Below are positions 1 through 64,000 of a stretch of DNA of 64,000 nucleotides, piece by piece; position 1 is the first letter of the stretch; each line of letters starts with the position of its first letter. A program made the translations under genes and the position numbers. Source of the DNA: Glycera tridactyla (lineage: Eukaryota); contig OZ286469.1 of assembly GCA_965644265.1 (NCBI GenBank), positions 75,330,001-75,394,000 of the forward strand, given 5' to 3'. The notes under the pieces are model-generated. The model was given only the letters and a program-made list of their open reading frames with translations. It did not search any database and was not told the origin of the DNA.

Positions 1-845
1 GTATATACATCACTACCTTTATATCAAGGATGTCACCAACTCAGACTGAAAGATGTACATTAGTCATAGTTTTTTATGGGAAATAATAAGCATGTTCACT
101 ATTCCGAGGTGGAATCATGGCATATATATCATCAATCATTGAACTTCAAATTTGGAATTTTTGGTGATCAATGGTATTCTGGCTTCTAAAAATGAAAATA
201 TCAAGTAAGAGGAACAAAATGAGGAAAATATTTCTAGTGGCAATGTCAACGTTATTCATAGGGTAGCAATGAATTGGGGCGAATCAATCGGATTCATGAG
301 AATATATCTGTAAGAACTAATTCAGCACATTAAGTCATACAAGATCACGGAGATGAATCACAAGACGATCCTATACTTTGAATGATTTTTATGTGATCTT
401 GAGAGTCACAGACAAAATAGTACTGTCAATTTCAATATACCACAGCCAACTACAGCATATATAGAACAAAAAGTGGTTTTATGTAAAATATAGCTAACCT
501 ATCAGCCACATATATCTTTCATTGCACAAATTCAAATCAAATAAAACATCCAAACTAACCAACAAAAAAGTTCAATCTTGGTTTACGTGAGTATGATAGA
601 AAAGCATGGTCCACAATACCATCAAGTATTAATGCATATAATTATCTCATTCTGGAGAGTCGAAAGAAATGACATCTATCCAACACCTGGAGAAGATTTC
701 ATATCCTGGATATCATGAGCTATAAATGCACAACGAAAAGATGGAAATATGGAATTGCATTCACTAGGACTGAATAATTATTGGACAATGAATAATTTAT
801 TGAGCACTTGAGGTCAAAGTGCAGGATGATGAGTGAGTTACGTAC

Positions 846-63926
<63,081 letters not shown>

Positions 63927-64000
63927 CTAGAAACATAGAAAGAGCCAGTCTAGAACAAATGCTAGAACTACCATGCATGTCTAGTCCGCTGAACTTAATT

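Noticed and set aside
720-845. Read-through of the TM exon as the true C-terminus (ORF 720..1004)
   Set aside because: A GT donor follows YSVP, and known ferlins have only a short tail after the TM; the extension looks intronic.

Overview
AT-rich, intron-dominated animal genomic DNA with two assembly gaps (36694-36912, 42024-42172). A marine-invertebrate origin is inferred from the repeat types and is not proven. The whole window lies inside one minus-strand gene, a type I ferlin (myoferlin/dysferlin-like). I traced 22 coding exons from 63926 down to 846 by hand; all have GT-AG sites and mutually consistent phases. They cover the C-terminal C2 domains and the transmembrane anchor. The 5' half of the gene is outside the window and the last few C-terminal codons are unresolved. 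An apparently full-length, recent 6.7-kb LINE (CR1/L2-group-like; ORF1 plus APE-RT ORF2 with one frameshift) sits at 10713-17404 in the same orientation as ferlin, inside a split MITE. It has an unusual 1.6-kb inter-ORF spacer with promoter-like motifs and a 129-aa ORF whose stop overlaps the ORF2 start. Other repeats are TA-flanked Tc1/mariner-type MITEs, two copies of a Helentron-derived (HINE/pearl/DINE-like) element, and microsatellites. The most interesting signal is the roughly 27-kb stretch between 45658 and 18899, just before the last two C2 domains and positionally equivalent to dysferlin exon 40a. It holds an array of short symmetric phase-0 candidate cassette exons (15-90 nt) that the ORF track misses. 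It also holds long-range inverted repeats whose G-U wobbles fall on the ferlin pre-mRNA strand; one of these would bridge a UGCAUG (Rbfox motif) cluster to a candidate exon. These splicing inferences need RNA-seq to confirm.
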